Notes under the pieces: model-generated
Database searches by the model: none
What the model saw: the letters and a program-made list of their open reading frames with translations, nothing else
Told to the model about the DNA's origin: nothing
Program-made: the position numbers and the translations under genes
DNA from: Styela clava
Lineage: Eukaryota
Length of the DNA stretch: 64,000 nt
Assembly: GCF_964204865.1 (NCBI RefSeq)
Contig: NC_135263.1
Coordinates: 5,704,001 to 5,768,000 of the forward strand
Reading direction: 5' to 3'
Shown: positions 1-12,453 of the stretch, piece after piece
Layout: each line of letters opens with the position of its first letter
How positions within the stretch are numbered: the stretch's first letter is position 1

Positions 1-59
1 ATTCCATAGGTGCAATAGCATACAGGTGCAATTGTCATGGGTTCAAATGTAATGGAACC
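1..59 (-). mobile_element. Terminal part of a Merlin-like MITE (same family as 58271-58463), truncated by window edge
   Basis: The reverse complement of 1-59 (GGTTCCATTACATTTGAACCCATGACAATTGCACCTGTATGCTATTGCACCTATGGAAT) matches the left end of the TIR element at 58271. Confidence 0.8.
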
Positions 60-519
60 GATTGGCCCACATAATGATTTAATATGGCCATCGAAAGCAA
101 GTGTGTTTATTTTCTGTTTGCGTTTTAAGACACCACTAATTGTTATGTCATTATCACAGCTTTAAGTATGTGTATATTCGTAACAATTCAATTATGCCTG
201 TCCCGTGAATATCCGCCCGCTCCTAATTTGAACCCCCCCCCCCGGTCAATCAACTTCGGGAACCACTTGGTCATCATAATCGTAACATTATCATTGTGTA
301 GGTATATGCCCTGCTAGTCAGGATAAATTGATGCTTTTACAACCACTTGGCCACCACACACAAAGTTAAGTTCAATTCTCTCATTCACAATTTATTCATA
401 ACAATAGAAAAGTATTAAAGTTCATTTTGAAAATATAACTGAATGGCTGGCATCAATTCAATAGATTTCAAACAAGTCAGGTTCAAAATACCATTAGTAA
501 TTTCATAATCTATGTTTAG

Positions 520-1816
520 GTTTCACTATGCAACAAGCCGAAGCATTGACTATGTCTATGGTACAAATTGTGGGAGGGAATTCTGATACTCTGCAATCTT
601 CAATGGTGTCAAAATCACAAGCGGTATGTTTAATCATCCTGTCGGTCCAATGGGTATATAAAGGGTAATGACAGGGATATTCAAAGTTCACCCATTCACT
701 GACGTTCCAATGATGATTGATGTGCTTTGACATCATAATTAATATTGTACTAATAGTCATTTCCTCTATCATATCGCTAAGAAATGTTTTAAAGTTTTTG
801 GGCACAACACTGTATGGTAGTTAATTGGGGTGAACTTGTAATATATTGAGAAACATTAAGCATTGATTTATTTCTAGTCGAATAAATGACCGAAGTTAAA
901 TTTTAGACAATGTGCCAGAAGCCATATTTCATAATTACGTATTGCTTCTATTTTAGCAACTCACGATACAAAAATTTGCCAGTCAACTTGCAATACTTAG
1001 ACGAGATATGATGATTATGGAGAAAACTGATTTCACAGAATTGGTCACCAAAATTGAAAGAATAACTTCTGAACTAGAGCAATTGCGACGAACAACTAAG
1101 GTTAGTTTGTGAAATTTTTCTTCAAACCTAGCTTTATTATTTCGTCCATCTCCAGATACTCTTTGTCAGATATAATACATTCGTTTGCTTTATTTACAGG
1201 ATGAGATAACGAAGATTAGCAGTGATCTCACGCTTGACTTCAATCTTGAGAAAGGAAAAGTGAAGGACATGCATCTTGATCATCTTAGAGCGGTTGAAGA
1301 TAAACATGCGAAGATATTTGAAAAGGTGAAAAAGTAACCCATGTCCACCATTTTGCTCAGGTGTAATAAATAAAATTGGGTAGGCCGTAGTCCATACTGA
1401 ACCAGATTATGTCCGATATCAGTGGCTGTCATACCTGGCTGACTTAGTTGTATAAAATAGGCAAAAAAGGCATGACAATTAGTTCACCCATGATTCATTC
1501 ATTGTGCTCACGAAACACCGCTGTATGGCTTAACAATGTCTAAATTTAAATTGATTATCCATCTCTATTTCAGATCAACAACATTGAAAAAGAGTTACAA
1601 AACGTAAGAAGTTATATAAACACAGAGAACGCATCACTGCAGACATTATTTGAACGATACAAATCAGATTCAGTCAAAGTTGCGTTCGGTGAGTCATTGG
1701 CGCTTCCGATGTAAAGTATTGTTACCACTACACTTATATAACTAATTTCTCTCATTGCAGGAGCCATTGCAACCTGTATGACAATAGTTCTTGGATTCTA
1801 CAGAATTTGGTCATGA
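520..1816 (+). CDS. MCUR1: Mitochondrial coiled-coil protein, MCUR1/CCDC90B family; 3' part (5' exons outside window)
   Basis: GT-AG exons 520-623, 957-1100, 1200-1325, 1574-1688 and 1761-1816 splice in frame. Translation GFTMQQAEALT...LRRDMMIMEKTDF...LTLDFNLEKGKVK...GAIATCMTIVLGFYRIWS* matches the CCDC90A/B motifs DMIILEKSEF, LDFNLEK and C-terminal LGFYRLW. MCUR1 versus CCDC90B cannot be resolved. Confidence 0.9.
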
Positions 1817-1832
1817 TGTCTTGATGTCTTCT

Positions 1833-4800
1833 TCATTCACCTTCATCTTCTATGGAATTATGATTATATTTGTTTGGTTTTTGGTAGGGCAATCTGTCTC
1901 CTGCAACTGAATTTTTCACGATTCGTCTGATGTCACTAGATTATAATGGTGGTGTGTAATAATAAAAATTCAAACAAATATTACGTGTATGAATATACAA
2001 TACCAAAAATGTACCTGCCATATTTATCCTTATTTAAATATAAATGTTCGATTTGGCCTTCATGAGTGCAAAGATGACACCACATCTTCTTCAAACTACC
2101 TTGAGGATTAGTTATTACCCTCGGCCATTCTGGATTCTCTGTGAAACAGATTACTTAATGACGAAGGTCTGGCGCACTTAGTTTTTCTCTATTAATTATA
2201 TACTGGGTCTAGCTGATTGATAAGGGCATTAAAGAGACTTTGATAATATAAACAACTTACGTGGTTTCTTTTTCGATAAAACTATGTAGGTGAATGTTTC
2301 TTGAACTGCACCTTCTTTACCGTGGAATTTCTGTTTTAAATTGAAAATTTCGAAATCATGTTATTAATTTTGTTTATAAACCCTGATGGTTGAATGCAAT
2401 GTATTATTATTTCTGTGCAAACTAGCTCAATGCAAATCACATAACTTGGACTGCGTTAGTTAGAAATGTAGTGAATAAATTTCTTACCTTTGCATACAGT
2501 GGCGGAATATATGATTGTGTGAAATTGCATGGATTGCCTTGAAACTTGGGACATGGTTTGCTGTGTGGACACTGTGAAACACAAAACTCGTTCTTATTTT
2601 GTTTGTATTGCATGAAAGCGCTTATGGTGATTCCATTATTTACCTTTGTAGGCTATTTAATCAAATATTGTGATCAATAATGCTTGCTTCAGACTTAATT
2701 TAGACTACCTGTTTAACACAATTTACTAGGAAGAAGTGTACTGATACCAAATTCGAACTTTTGGGGTCTGAGCAATTTTTCTATCCTTGTGTTGTTCATT
2801 TTGTTATAAAATTGTGAGTACCTTTTTTAAGAAATATATCATATCAATGTCTTCAATAATAAATACTAACCGGAGCAAAAATGTGTCCTTTGTTAATTTT
2901 ACTGTTTGATCTTCGTTTTTTACTCAAATCGGCGCCTTCTATACCCTGCAAGAGAAACCTTGTTAAGATTTTCTTTCGAAGAACCGGAGACTTGAAATTT
3001 ATCAAAAGTCACTTACATGAGCTATTAAGTTTCTTGCCTCCATAATCATATGATATCCTGGCCTATTACCTTGTTCAATGATTACCTGAAAGAATGTCAT
3101 GTTTTAGTTTGTTCAATGAAAGAATTGCCCCCTCAATAATACAGAACAGTTTATTTCTGCAAGTAAACATTTGTAAGATGAAGTTACCTCTGATTTGGTT
3201 TAGCCTACTCAAAATATTTCCAGGAAAGTGAAGAATAAAGATGTATATTTCAGAATTATCTAATCTAGCAAGGGCCAACAAAAGGTTCATGAGCTGTACG
3301 TGGATCATCAAATCGACTCGACAAATCAAGGTCATTATATGAACAAAAGAGATTACTTCAATTGTGAGTTTGGTTCTAAAGTGACATATCGATTTTAATA
3401 AACATTTTTTACAGAGCGCACCATATCACAGTGATTTTTGAAAAGGATTGTTCAGTAGAGGCCACATAGCACTAAAAAGATATGGAACCAGTAAATAATC
3501 AACTTGAGCACTCATAAAAATTTGTCAAAATCTAGAACAAAGATGGGTAGATTTTCATATGTCGTGCTTATTACCAAATACTTGTTGGTCTTCTCCCACA
3601 GGATTTTTAAAGTTGTCAGTCTTTCTTTTTCTGAAGGTAATTCACTCAATGTGTATGCGGCTACTACTATGTCATAGGTATGCTGAAGGAGAATAAAAAT
3701 CATTTGACGATTTAAGGTTATTACCATTGAAATACTTTTGAAAAGCATTATGAATAGAGTCTAATTCGATAGAAAATAGAATATACATTGTCTTTTGAAA
3801 CAATCCAAGGATAACAAATATTTCTATAAATAGGGAGCAAACAATAACGTGCACTCCCTACTATGTTTACCAGGTTAAGGTTAGGCCATAATTTAATTCC
3901 GATTTTCCCTATTTTTTAGTTCTGTTACGAGTTTGGGGACTGTTTGTTAGTAAAGTAGACAAACAAAGTTAGTCACCTCCATATTGGTACACATACTTCT
4001 GGAGCGCCCAAAAATGTATTTCAACTATATAACAATATAAAACACAAAAAGATTGGGCATTTTCACCTTATACGATAAAGGCAACATTGGCCTGATATAA
4101 ATGCCTGATAGTTCAGCATCATCTCCACCACCAGAGAGTAGAAACTGTGAAGTTTGGTTCATACATTGAGACCAGTCAACGCACATGAAATCTTCAATAT
4201 CTTTACCGAACACAGAGTTGGCTGCCCTGCAAAATACAATGATATGGTGACTCATTCAGGGTATATTTACTTTGGTAATCCGTGGCAAACTGGAAACTCC
4301 AAACATTTATCCTGGAAGAGTGGAAAGCCTATAAGATGGTTCAATCATATGAAGAACCATGGGAGCTCTTCCAGTTCCATTGAATGGGAAGTATAGAAAT
4401 AGTTCACCATTTGTTTGTTTCAGATGTATGGACTTTTGATATTAGAGGAAGGAGTCTCGCATATAATTCTCCCCATGAGATGCGAACCCCCACATTGTCA
4501 TCCTCTCTAGTCCTAGCACAATCACTGAGCCTCTATCATAGCCATAGAGGTTTGTTTAGAAAATACCTGCTATACAAGTGAATTAGTCTGTCCGTTTTGG
4601 CATGGTATAGCAACACATCTGTCTGTGTGTGTCTAGAAATCCCTTTCGGAGAAAGAACCTGTCCCTATATGTAAAAGTGATGGAAAAAAGTTGCCTAGAC
4701 TTACCAGACAGCAGTTCCAGTGCCAGAACCATAATCTAACATGGATTTTGGACGAAAAATTCTATCCCTTCTTTTAATCTAAAATAAAAAAAAAAAATTT

Positions 4801-7800
4801 TCAAACGTATTGTGTATAGATTTTAGGACAATTTAAAGTTCAATTTTTAAAAATAATAATCTAAACCTAATTCCTAAAAATACCATATGCTGTGATTAGT
4901 ATACTTTCTGAATCAATTTAAAAGCAATTTGTTTGTAACTTCACATCTTTTGTTCTGAGTGCAGTGAAGGAGCAATAGTACATAGAAGCTTGAAAACCAC
5001 TGGGCTAAATGATAAGACCATCATATCTTAATCCAGAAAACTACGAGTATTCATTATTTTTTTATTAGCTATAATCAGAAAAATATGAACTCAACATTGT
5101 TAATCATGTTAAATCTTGAATATATGCTTTGATCAGATCACAACTGGCATGGCATTGTAGAAATTCCTCCATTAATGCAAACGGAATGTTCTTACTAGTA
5201 AAAAGTATAACAATTTTGTGTTCACCTCAATAAGTACTCTTACAGTGGCCGCATATGCAGCTGGTGCTCGTCCTATAAGATAGGCGACGCAATTCAGTCT
5301 GTCATATCTGAAATATAGAGTTTACATAAGTTAGTTGCAAAGTATACAACATTTTAAATAGGATGTCCTGTTAAAAGATCATTAATAGAGACGGGCAGAT
5401 ACATAGACACAATGTGTTACTTGAAGCTCTCCTACGGCATGTATTGAATCTTTTTATTTAACATCTTTATACTAAGTATTTTGTCCAGAAAAAGCCTCTG
5501 CGTAGGATAGTTTGAGAGTACCTGGATCTTTTTGGTTCGGCATTACCTCACTTTGGGTGAGATTCTCTACACAATTTATTTCATACTGCTCCATTGTGGG
5601 CATGAGGTAATTGGGATGTGCCGCATATTCAGGCAGGAGATCAATTCAAATTAGAAAGAATAATAATAATCTTAACCATTATTGTGCTATTATAAATACC
5701 AATTATCTTTATTTTTTCGGAATGATGATACATACACAATTTGTCTCCATAGACTCATCCTGAATCTTTTCTTCTCTATATCTATTTTCTCTTCTGCTGT
5801 CATTTCATAATTTAGATTTAATATATCTGCAAAAAATTGAATAATATACGAGCATCAAGCTTTGATTATCTTTGTTTTACATATCAGTGTTAATATGAAG
5901 AAGCTACTGATGATGTTGGTGTTTTGAAAGATTAGATGTAGCGAATGCTTGAACAATAATAGCTATATCATTAGAGATAATCTAGTTACAAAACTATGGA
6001 TGAAAATATTCACAACTTTGGACCAGACATTACAAACACCCCATAATGTAATTAAAATGTCCTTCCGTGGAACATAAAATCAAATATTTGCTCGTCATTT
6101 TTATACGATGGCTTTCGATTCACACACGGCCCTGTATAATCATTCACTGATATTTAAGAATATGTATGGTAGAGGCGGCCAAGCACGATAACTTTTTTGC
6201 ATTGCCTGCACAATTTGTTTACACCTACGATGCCAACTGCTTTTATTTCTAGGCCCTTGCAACTGTCTATGATCAAAATCTATTTTATTGGGATGCCACT
6301 TTTTGAGCCAAAGTAGGTTTCAAAGAAATAATTCATATACGACTAATTTGCTAATTTCTTTCACCCATTCTTGCAATAATATTACTAAAAATACCATAAA
6401 AACGAACTGAACAAAAATAATATTCAGGTATCAAAATAGATATGTAAAAAATATACCTTGCTTTGTTAGTGTCCAATTCTTGTTGGATTTTTTATTCGAA
6501 TGTTTATCCAATCCTACAGGTAATGGTCGATATTGAAGAACATCGCATAACTTTTTGCAAAGTTCAAACACTTTCTTTTGCGGTTCCAAGTTGTAAAATT
6601 CTAAAAAATAAATGAGCTCGAAACAATCATACGAGTTTAGATAATTTGAATTCACAGAGATGGACAAAAACTCTTAAATGTTGGAGTGTTAAATATTTGC
6701 TCGGTAATAACTGTGTGCACTGTATAATCAGTCAAGATTATGAGTCCTTACACTCCAAACAAGGCCCTGTACAAGAACCCCTGTTGTCTAACAATATGTT
6801 AGAAGCTTCCATTTCATAACGACCCGAATTTTTTCCGTTGGGCATTATCTACACAATTTTGGGTACTCCCGTAGTATGTGCACAAGGTAAGGGTTAGGAT
6901 ATTATTTCAGATACAAATACTACGGGAATCACCTAGCTAGTCCCCAAACTCATAAAAAAATAAAATAGGGAAAATTGAAATAAAATTATGTCCTAACCCT
7001 AACTTGGTACACATACTACGTTCCAGTGTCTGCCATCTTGGTTCACATACCTACTTCGGGAGTACCTAATTTTAATACCCCCCCAGGTCATAAAAATCGG
7101 ATTTGAACCAAAGATGTGCAACCTGTGATATCGACATTGTTAAGTCTAATGCTTTGACCACTATCTAGCACTGTAGAATCATGAACAAGGTCATTAATTA
7201 AAAATCCTCTGATTTGGAATTTTGGACTTTTAATGACCATAATTAAGACAAAATTTTCGAGTCAGAAACTCACAAGTTGACTTGATATTCTTAATAGGCA
7301 ATTAATGAAGGCTTGCGTACACAAAGGATTTTGTTACCAAAATGTGATTTTCCAATAGTTACAGAATTGGCGTCAAATTTTTTTGGGGGTTTTGTGTAAA
7401 TTTTTTTACATACCTGAGGGGATGGGGCAGATACAAAGGTAACCAATCTAATACAATGTTTGACAAATACTTCTTTTACCTTTCAAATATGCATTAGCAG
7501 ACTCAACAAAATTATTCGGAAGTCGGACTATCCCCACTCTACATCTCCCAGGATGATAACGCATTCCGCCTTTCCACCACGGAGTCCAGTTCGAATCAAG
7601 TACGAATTCTTTAGAAGGGGAAAAAGAAACATCAGATTCGGTATTATTAAAAGTACTCGAATCAGCGTCTACATAGGGTTCATTATCAGGATTGCACTCG
7701 GGAGTAGACTGAGGTTTGAGAGAGGACTCAGACTGAGGATAACTTTGTGAGTAATATTTTGAAGCACTCAGCATCTTGCTATGTAAAAAACATCTTGCTC

Positions 7801-7822
7801 TTATCACAGAACTCAGTGCCAT
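1833..7822 (-). CDS. METTL17: METTL17/Rsm22 mitochondrial small-subunit assembly methyltransferase-like, about 13 coding exons
   Basis: Exons are 7480-7822, ~6456-6600, ~5700-5827, ~5225-5267, ~4704-4777, ~4067-4227, ~3574-3675, ~3017-3085, ~2870-2945, ~2488-2572, ~2262-2331, 2015-2138 and 1833-1935. Motifs include MLDYGSGTGTAVW (SAM motif I), DIVVAAYTLSELP, IIEQGNRPGY, HIFAPCPHSKPCP...CNF and WPRVI...WCHLCTHEG. The N-terminus resembles a mitochondrial presequence. Confidence 0.92.
3850..4009. mobile_element. MITE family B copy (GG...CC termini, AACCCTAACC internal motif)
   Basis: Homologous to copies at 6862-7066, 8294-8401, 18005-18214, ~20550-20769, 23105-23318, ~28255-28349 and ~41489-41555. 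Confidence 0.75.
6862..7066. mobile_element. MITE family B copy
   Basis: Imperfect TIRs GGTACTCCCGTAGTATGTG ... CTACTTCGGGAGTACC; internal sequence shared with the other family B copies. Confidence 0.75.
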
Positions 7823-8293
7823 TGGATTTATTATTTACCTAGTGTATCTTCACTGTATATAGCACAAAAAATAGAAGTCAACATGTTGTTAAGTTTTCAA
7901 TTTTATTTCAAAAATAATATGTACAATTAAATTTCTAGACGCATCAAAGAGAAAAACACCAAATACGATTAACACATATAAATAAGCAGCAGGTATATAT
8001 ATACATATAAAGATATTTTCAACCAGATTTAATTCAAGTATATTTTAAAAGAAGGAAATCATGTAATCAAATAGTACATACATTTAGAAACAAGCTATCT
8101 TTTACTGCGATTGTGGGCACGATGGCCCAGCAGCTCAAGCCTTAGACTCTGCTGTGTTGGCATGGCAAATTCAAATCCCATATGAACCCCTCCAACCCAG
8201 GGCGTAATTTATTGAGTAGGCAAGGCCGAACTGAAAAAAATCAAGTCATTCATAGTAGCTCCCTATATATTGTTAAATATCAGTGGATATTTG

Positions 8294-8401
8294 GGCGTTC
8301 CGGAAATATGTGTACCAAGATGACGCAAACTGAACCCTGACCTGGTACACATACTATGTTCAGGTTGTGCGCCATCTTGGTACGGATACTTCGGGAGCTC
8401 C
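8294..8401. mobile_element. MITE family B, short copy with 8-bp TSD (Merlin-like)
   Basis: TIRs of about 30 bp (GGCGTTCCGGAAATATGTGTACCAAGATG versus reverse complement GGAGCTCCCGAAGTATCCGTACCAAGATG). Perfect TSD GATATTTG at 8286-8293 and 8402-8409. GG/CC termini with an 8-bp TSD fit Merlin. Confidence 0.8.
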
Positions 8402-9004
8402 GATATTTGTACAGGACCTTGTTCAATGAAAGAGAGTCGTGGATACGCATTGAATAAAAAAAATGACCCTTACCTGAAAAAATGTTTTTGGTCCATTCTA
8501 TTATAAAGATATAGAGTTATATTTTATCATGTAACTGGATGAAAGTTTAACATTCATAACATAATTACGTTTGAGAAAATATTGATTAAAAATACAGATT
8601 TTGGTCAAAATTAGAAATAGCTGTTGTGAATTCGCTTTGTGTTCTCCTGTTAAAATTATATAACCTGTCATAGAAAACCATTTGTTGAATAGAAAAATGG
8701 CCCAATTATTACATTTCACTCAATCTTTGCTGCTTTCTAAAGCTGCTGATGAAGTCGCATGTTAAGAAGGAAAAGAATAAACCTTAAATTGTTATATCTG
8801 TATATCATATATAGCCGGTTCCAACTTTGATTTACACAAGAAAGCTTAAACAAAAAAAGAAACAAATAGTACTTTAGGTAGCCCATAACAAACAAAGGGT
8901 TCAATGGATTCAGTAAAAGAGCATTTTTTCATGTGCCATGTGCTGCACAAAGATTATACAAGTGAAACAGTTTTTTCTTGCAGTCGATGTGAAATAGAGG
9001 AAAA

Positions 9005-9298
9005 AACAAACGAGAATTTCGGTCTTAGACCGAAGACTTATCGATCGAAAGTTAGGGGATCCCCCAAAACAGCACTCTTACTCCATAGTGACACCTTGTG
9101 TCCCATCACTAATTAATAACTCGCTGATTATACGACATAATTCGCCCAAAATCAATAGACTTCTGGTCCGAAATAAGATGAATGCACATGCAAAACCTGG
9201 AGCAGATTCAATCTCGCTTTCGTGAGATATCGCGTGCATCTAACAGACAGACAGACAAATACCTATCAACATACTTACCGATTAAAATCGATAAGTAA
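9005..9298. mobile_element. Helentron/DINE-1-like non-autonomous element
   Basis: Terminal hairpin TTCGGTCTTAGACCGAA, subterminal ACTTATCGAT inverted against ATCGATAAGT at the other end, a second hairpin CTTACCGAT..ATCGATAAG and a (GACA)n microsatellite. No TSD. Confidence 0.6.
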
Positions 9299-9897
9299 CA
9301 ATGTATCACTTGTAAAGAATACATAAAGATGTTTAAAAAAAAAGGTCAACCAAAAATTCCCTATAGTTGATAATTCTACAAAAAATCACCCAACTAACAG
9401 TTGGTTAGAGAGAACATTAAAGTTGAAAAATAAATAATGTTGGAAAAAACAAGGAGAATGTGATCTCATTCCGTTTTCTGTCCATATCTTTATCCTGATG
9501 TATTGTAAGTTGATAAATAGTGACAACTGACAATATTTATAATAACACGACACCAGGGTTGAGAAAAACAAATCAAATACATTTAAAATTAGTTACTGGG
9601 CAAGGTGCGGACCTATCTTGTTGTTGAGAAAAAAAGACTTTTCGCTAATGGATTTCAAATTTTCAGTTCTTGAAGATGGGAAGGGCCACTATTTATTCAA
9701 AAAAATTGCTGTTTTATTTTAACACTTTTCATTCAATCGTGCTTGGCCGCCTCTATCAGGCTTGTCTGCCATTTATTTCAGCGAACTCAGTTCTTTCAGC
9801 CTTACAGTACCTATACCTATGGATATAGCAAATCTGTGATTAGATAACTATTTAAAATGATTTCATTTCAAAACTCAGTATTTCCAGCAACAAACTT

Positions 9898-10062
9898 AAA
9901 AAAATAGGTTTCACTCAATCATTAACAAAATTTGGAAATTGAACAAACTGATGAATTTTTCAGATTTGTAGTTCGATATTTATAAAAAAAAATAGGTTTC
10001 ACTCAATCATTAACAAAATTTGGAAATTGATCAAACTGATGAAATTTTCAGATTTGTTCGAT
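9898..10062. repeat. Tandem duplication of an ~80-bp unit
   Basis: AAAAATAGGTTTCACTCAATCATTAACAAAATTTGGAAATTGA(A/T)CAAACTGATGAA(T/A)TTTTCAGATTTGT occurs twice (~9898-9977 and ~9987-10062). Confidence 0.9.
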
Positions 10063-10599
10063 TTCAAAGTTGATATAATAAAGTATATTGTAGTATTCCT
10101 TGTAAAACAGCTAAATTTTTTCAGAAAGTAAGCCCAGTATAACTATAAACCAAATGACATCCAAAGATAAATTTCAACAAATGCATTCAAAAATTGATAT
10201 CCAATGTCTCAAGGTGTAAAGTTGGTAAGCAATGCTAAAAATGAGATTTATGTTCTTCCAAACGTAGTAAATGTAACCCAACATAAAATAAATGTGCTAA
10301 TCATGCGCATGGGGCTCAGCTTGCCTTGCATTGAGAAAAAGTAAAACAAACCATATCAACTCAAAAAATGAATATTTCAGTATGCACTATAATATATATA
10401 TATAAGAATTAAATATCAAAAATTTCACCGGGATACAAGCGTATCAAGTTTTTAGTAAGTTTGGCTATCAAAAATTAAGTAGCCTATATATACACATATA
10501 TATCATTCATGGTAATTAATATTGCACGACCCAGACTTTGTGGGATGGCATCAATCGTTCTCCTTGTGAATAAGCGTTATCCACCAACAGATAAAAAAA

Positions 10600-11238
10600 T
10601 TAAGCAAAATATTTCCAAATGAGAAACATGAAAATTGTTGTAAGTATCATTCCACCGAAGAGAACAAATTTATCCTGAGTCGTTCGTTTTTCAATCAAAC
10701 GCATGACAGTGTTCGACATTCCGAGAGTGTTGGCAATATTTAGCATTTTGGTTTTGATTCCTTTTAAAGATCCACGCTGGTTTCGTAAATTTTCTATCAC
10801 GCTACTGCCATGACTTATGAGATCATCCATTCCCTTATGAGCACCTTGTAATTTATGATGGTGATTTAAGCTGGCATCCATCTGTATTGAAGTATCGGCG
10901 TCATTCGTAGTAAATTTAGTTTCCATTAATAATTCTCTTTCTCTTTGCTGCTGATTTCTCACATATCTTCTATGTTGAAAATTACGCAAAGCAGATTGTA
11001 AATGTTGACAATCATATTTGACTTGATCGACCTTTAACCTCGCATTTTGCCGCCTCGTCGGATGTTCTTTGTTTACCAAAATATCCAGCCTGTCACAATT
11101 ACCAACAATTTGATCGATGCGAGCTTGTAATTCATTTTCAATGACGTGGATGTCTTCATCTCGTGCCGTTTCTAATCGTCCCATATTTTGTTGGATCTCA
11201 TGAACCATTTTATTGGTTTGATGATATAGATTCTCCAT
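10600..11238 (-). CDS. GOSR2: Golgi SNAP receptor complex member 2 (membrin/Bos1), intronless CDS, 212 aa
   Basis: MENLYHQTNK...ARLKVDQVKYDCQHLQSAL...LNIANTLGMSNTVMRLIEKR followed by a C-terminal TM helix. The true start is probably Met21 of the track ORF (11238), which directly follows a pyrimidine tract and AG (TTTGTTTAAG|ATG). Confidence 0.95.
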   Translation of the reverse strand: MENLYHQTNKMVHEIQQNMGRLETARDEDIHVIENELQARIDQIVGNCDRLDILVNKEHPTRRQNARLKVDQVKYDCQHLQSALRNFQHRRYVRNQQQRERELLMETKFTTNDADTSIQMDASLNHHHKLQGAHKGMDDLISHGSSVIENLRNQRGSLKGIKTKMLNIANTLGMSNTVMRLIEKRTTQDKFVLFGGMILTTIFMFLIWKYFA

Positions 11239-12453
11239 CTTAAACAAATATAAAATAAATATAGGAGCTAAAATACTGGAAACAGAAAAAGATTTCATAT
11301 ATCAGTATATAGGCAAGTCAATAAGGCAAATAAACATTTTTCCATTTCTCAAATTTCTAAATTCACTGATTGTGGTGATGTCTTTTGGGTCTGATACAAA
11401 AATAATTCGGCGATTCAACATGTTGATTCAGCTTAGTGAAAACTAGAACAACTCCTTATTACAGTATTATATTGTAAAGCAAAAAAATGTGATATGAAAT
11501 TTTCATGTTTTTGAAAAAAAGGGTGATCTGGCGGAATGAAATTCAGCGTTAAATTAAATCATACCCATCCAATTTTAAACTAAGCAGGTCGTGCAAAATA
11601 GGATATCAATAGCCTTCCGTACAAGACAAACTTATCTTTAAAAACTCAAAATTTGGGCTGTATATTTTACATTACATTTTTGTTTTGCGTTATTTACGCT
11701 GTCACAGAATTTATTTTCACAATTCATTTTTGTTTGCTGTCATTTAACTACTTACGGCCTGTACTTCGCTAGACCCCATTAATTCGCTACACATTAATTT
11801 AAACTCGTGACATAGAATATTAGTGAAAAAATATCAAGCTACTCTCTAAATGGCTTTATAAAGTTAAAGAAAAAATTATGTCCCCAAGCTTTGCAGAGAT
11901 GAGTTTATTGAAAACTAAACCCAACATGTTTTTGTTATGACTTCAGAACTTAGGTTATAAAACAATGAGCGCTCGGAAAATACGGTTAGTAATAAAGATA
12001 AAATATTATCACGCCTATTTGTATATATATATTTATATATACGAAAAAATATATATACAATGTAAGTTTAGCATCTAATATAGCAATTTCAAACTGTGAC
12101 TGCCCCCTACGCTAACCAGTAAAAGACAGGCTAGCCGTAAGCGAAGCCCCAGGCTTGACGTGTCCAATATTAATAAATTTAATCTCATTTTATCTCTGCA
12201 CTCAGAAACTATTCGAGCGTATTGAAATAGGAAAGCACATGTGAGAATATAAAAGAAACATAAAGAGAAACAAAGACGAGAGAGACAAGATTAAAGAGAG
12301 AAACGCCATTTTTTTAAAGGGCTAACGAAAGTAAACATTCGTTGAAATTCAAGAACCGGCGGGGTCGTTCGGAATATGTTCTTGTGGATTTCTTTTAGTG
12401 AACGGTATCTCTGTTCAGTGAGACGATAGGTATTCGTCTATAATTAATGAAAG

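Noticed and set aside
503-805. 100-aa minus-strand ORF
   Set aside because: Antisense shadow of MCUR1 exon 520-623 plus intron; no recognisable motifs.
7099-7170. tRNA-like A/B boxes (minus strand), and a similar stretch at ~8107-8185
   Set aside because: No complete cloverleaf or acceptor stem; more likely decayed SINE heads than tRNA genes.
11239-11298. N-terminal 20 aa of the track ORF for GOSR2 (likewise 34197-34262 for MED22)
   Set aside because: Pyrimidine-tract/acceptor sequence read through in frame; homology starts at the downstream Met.
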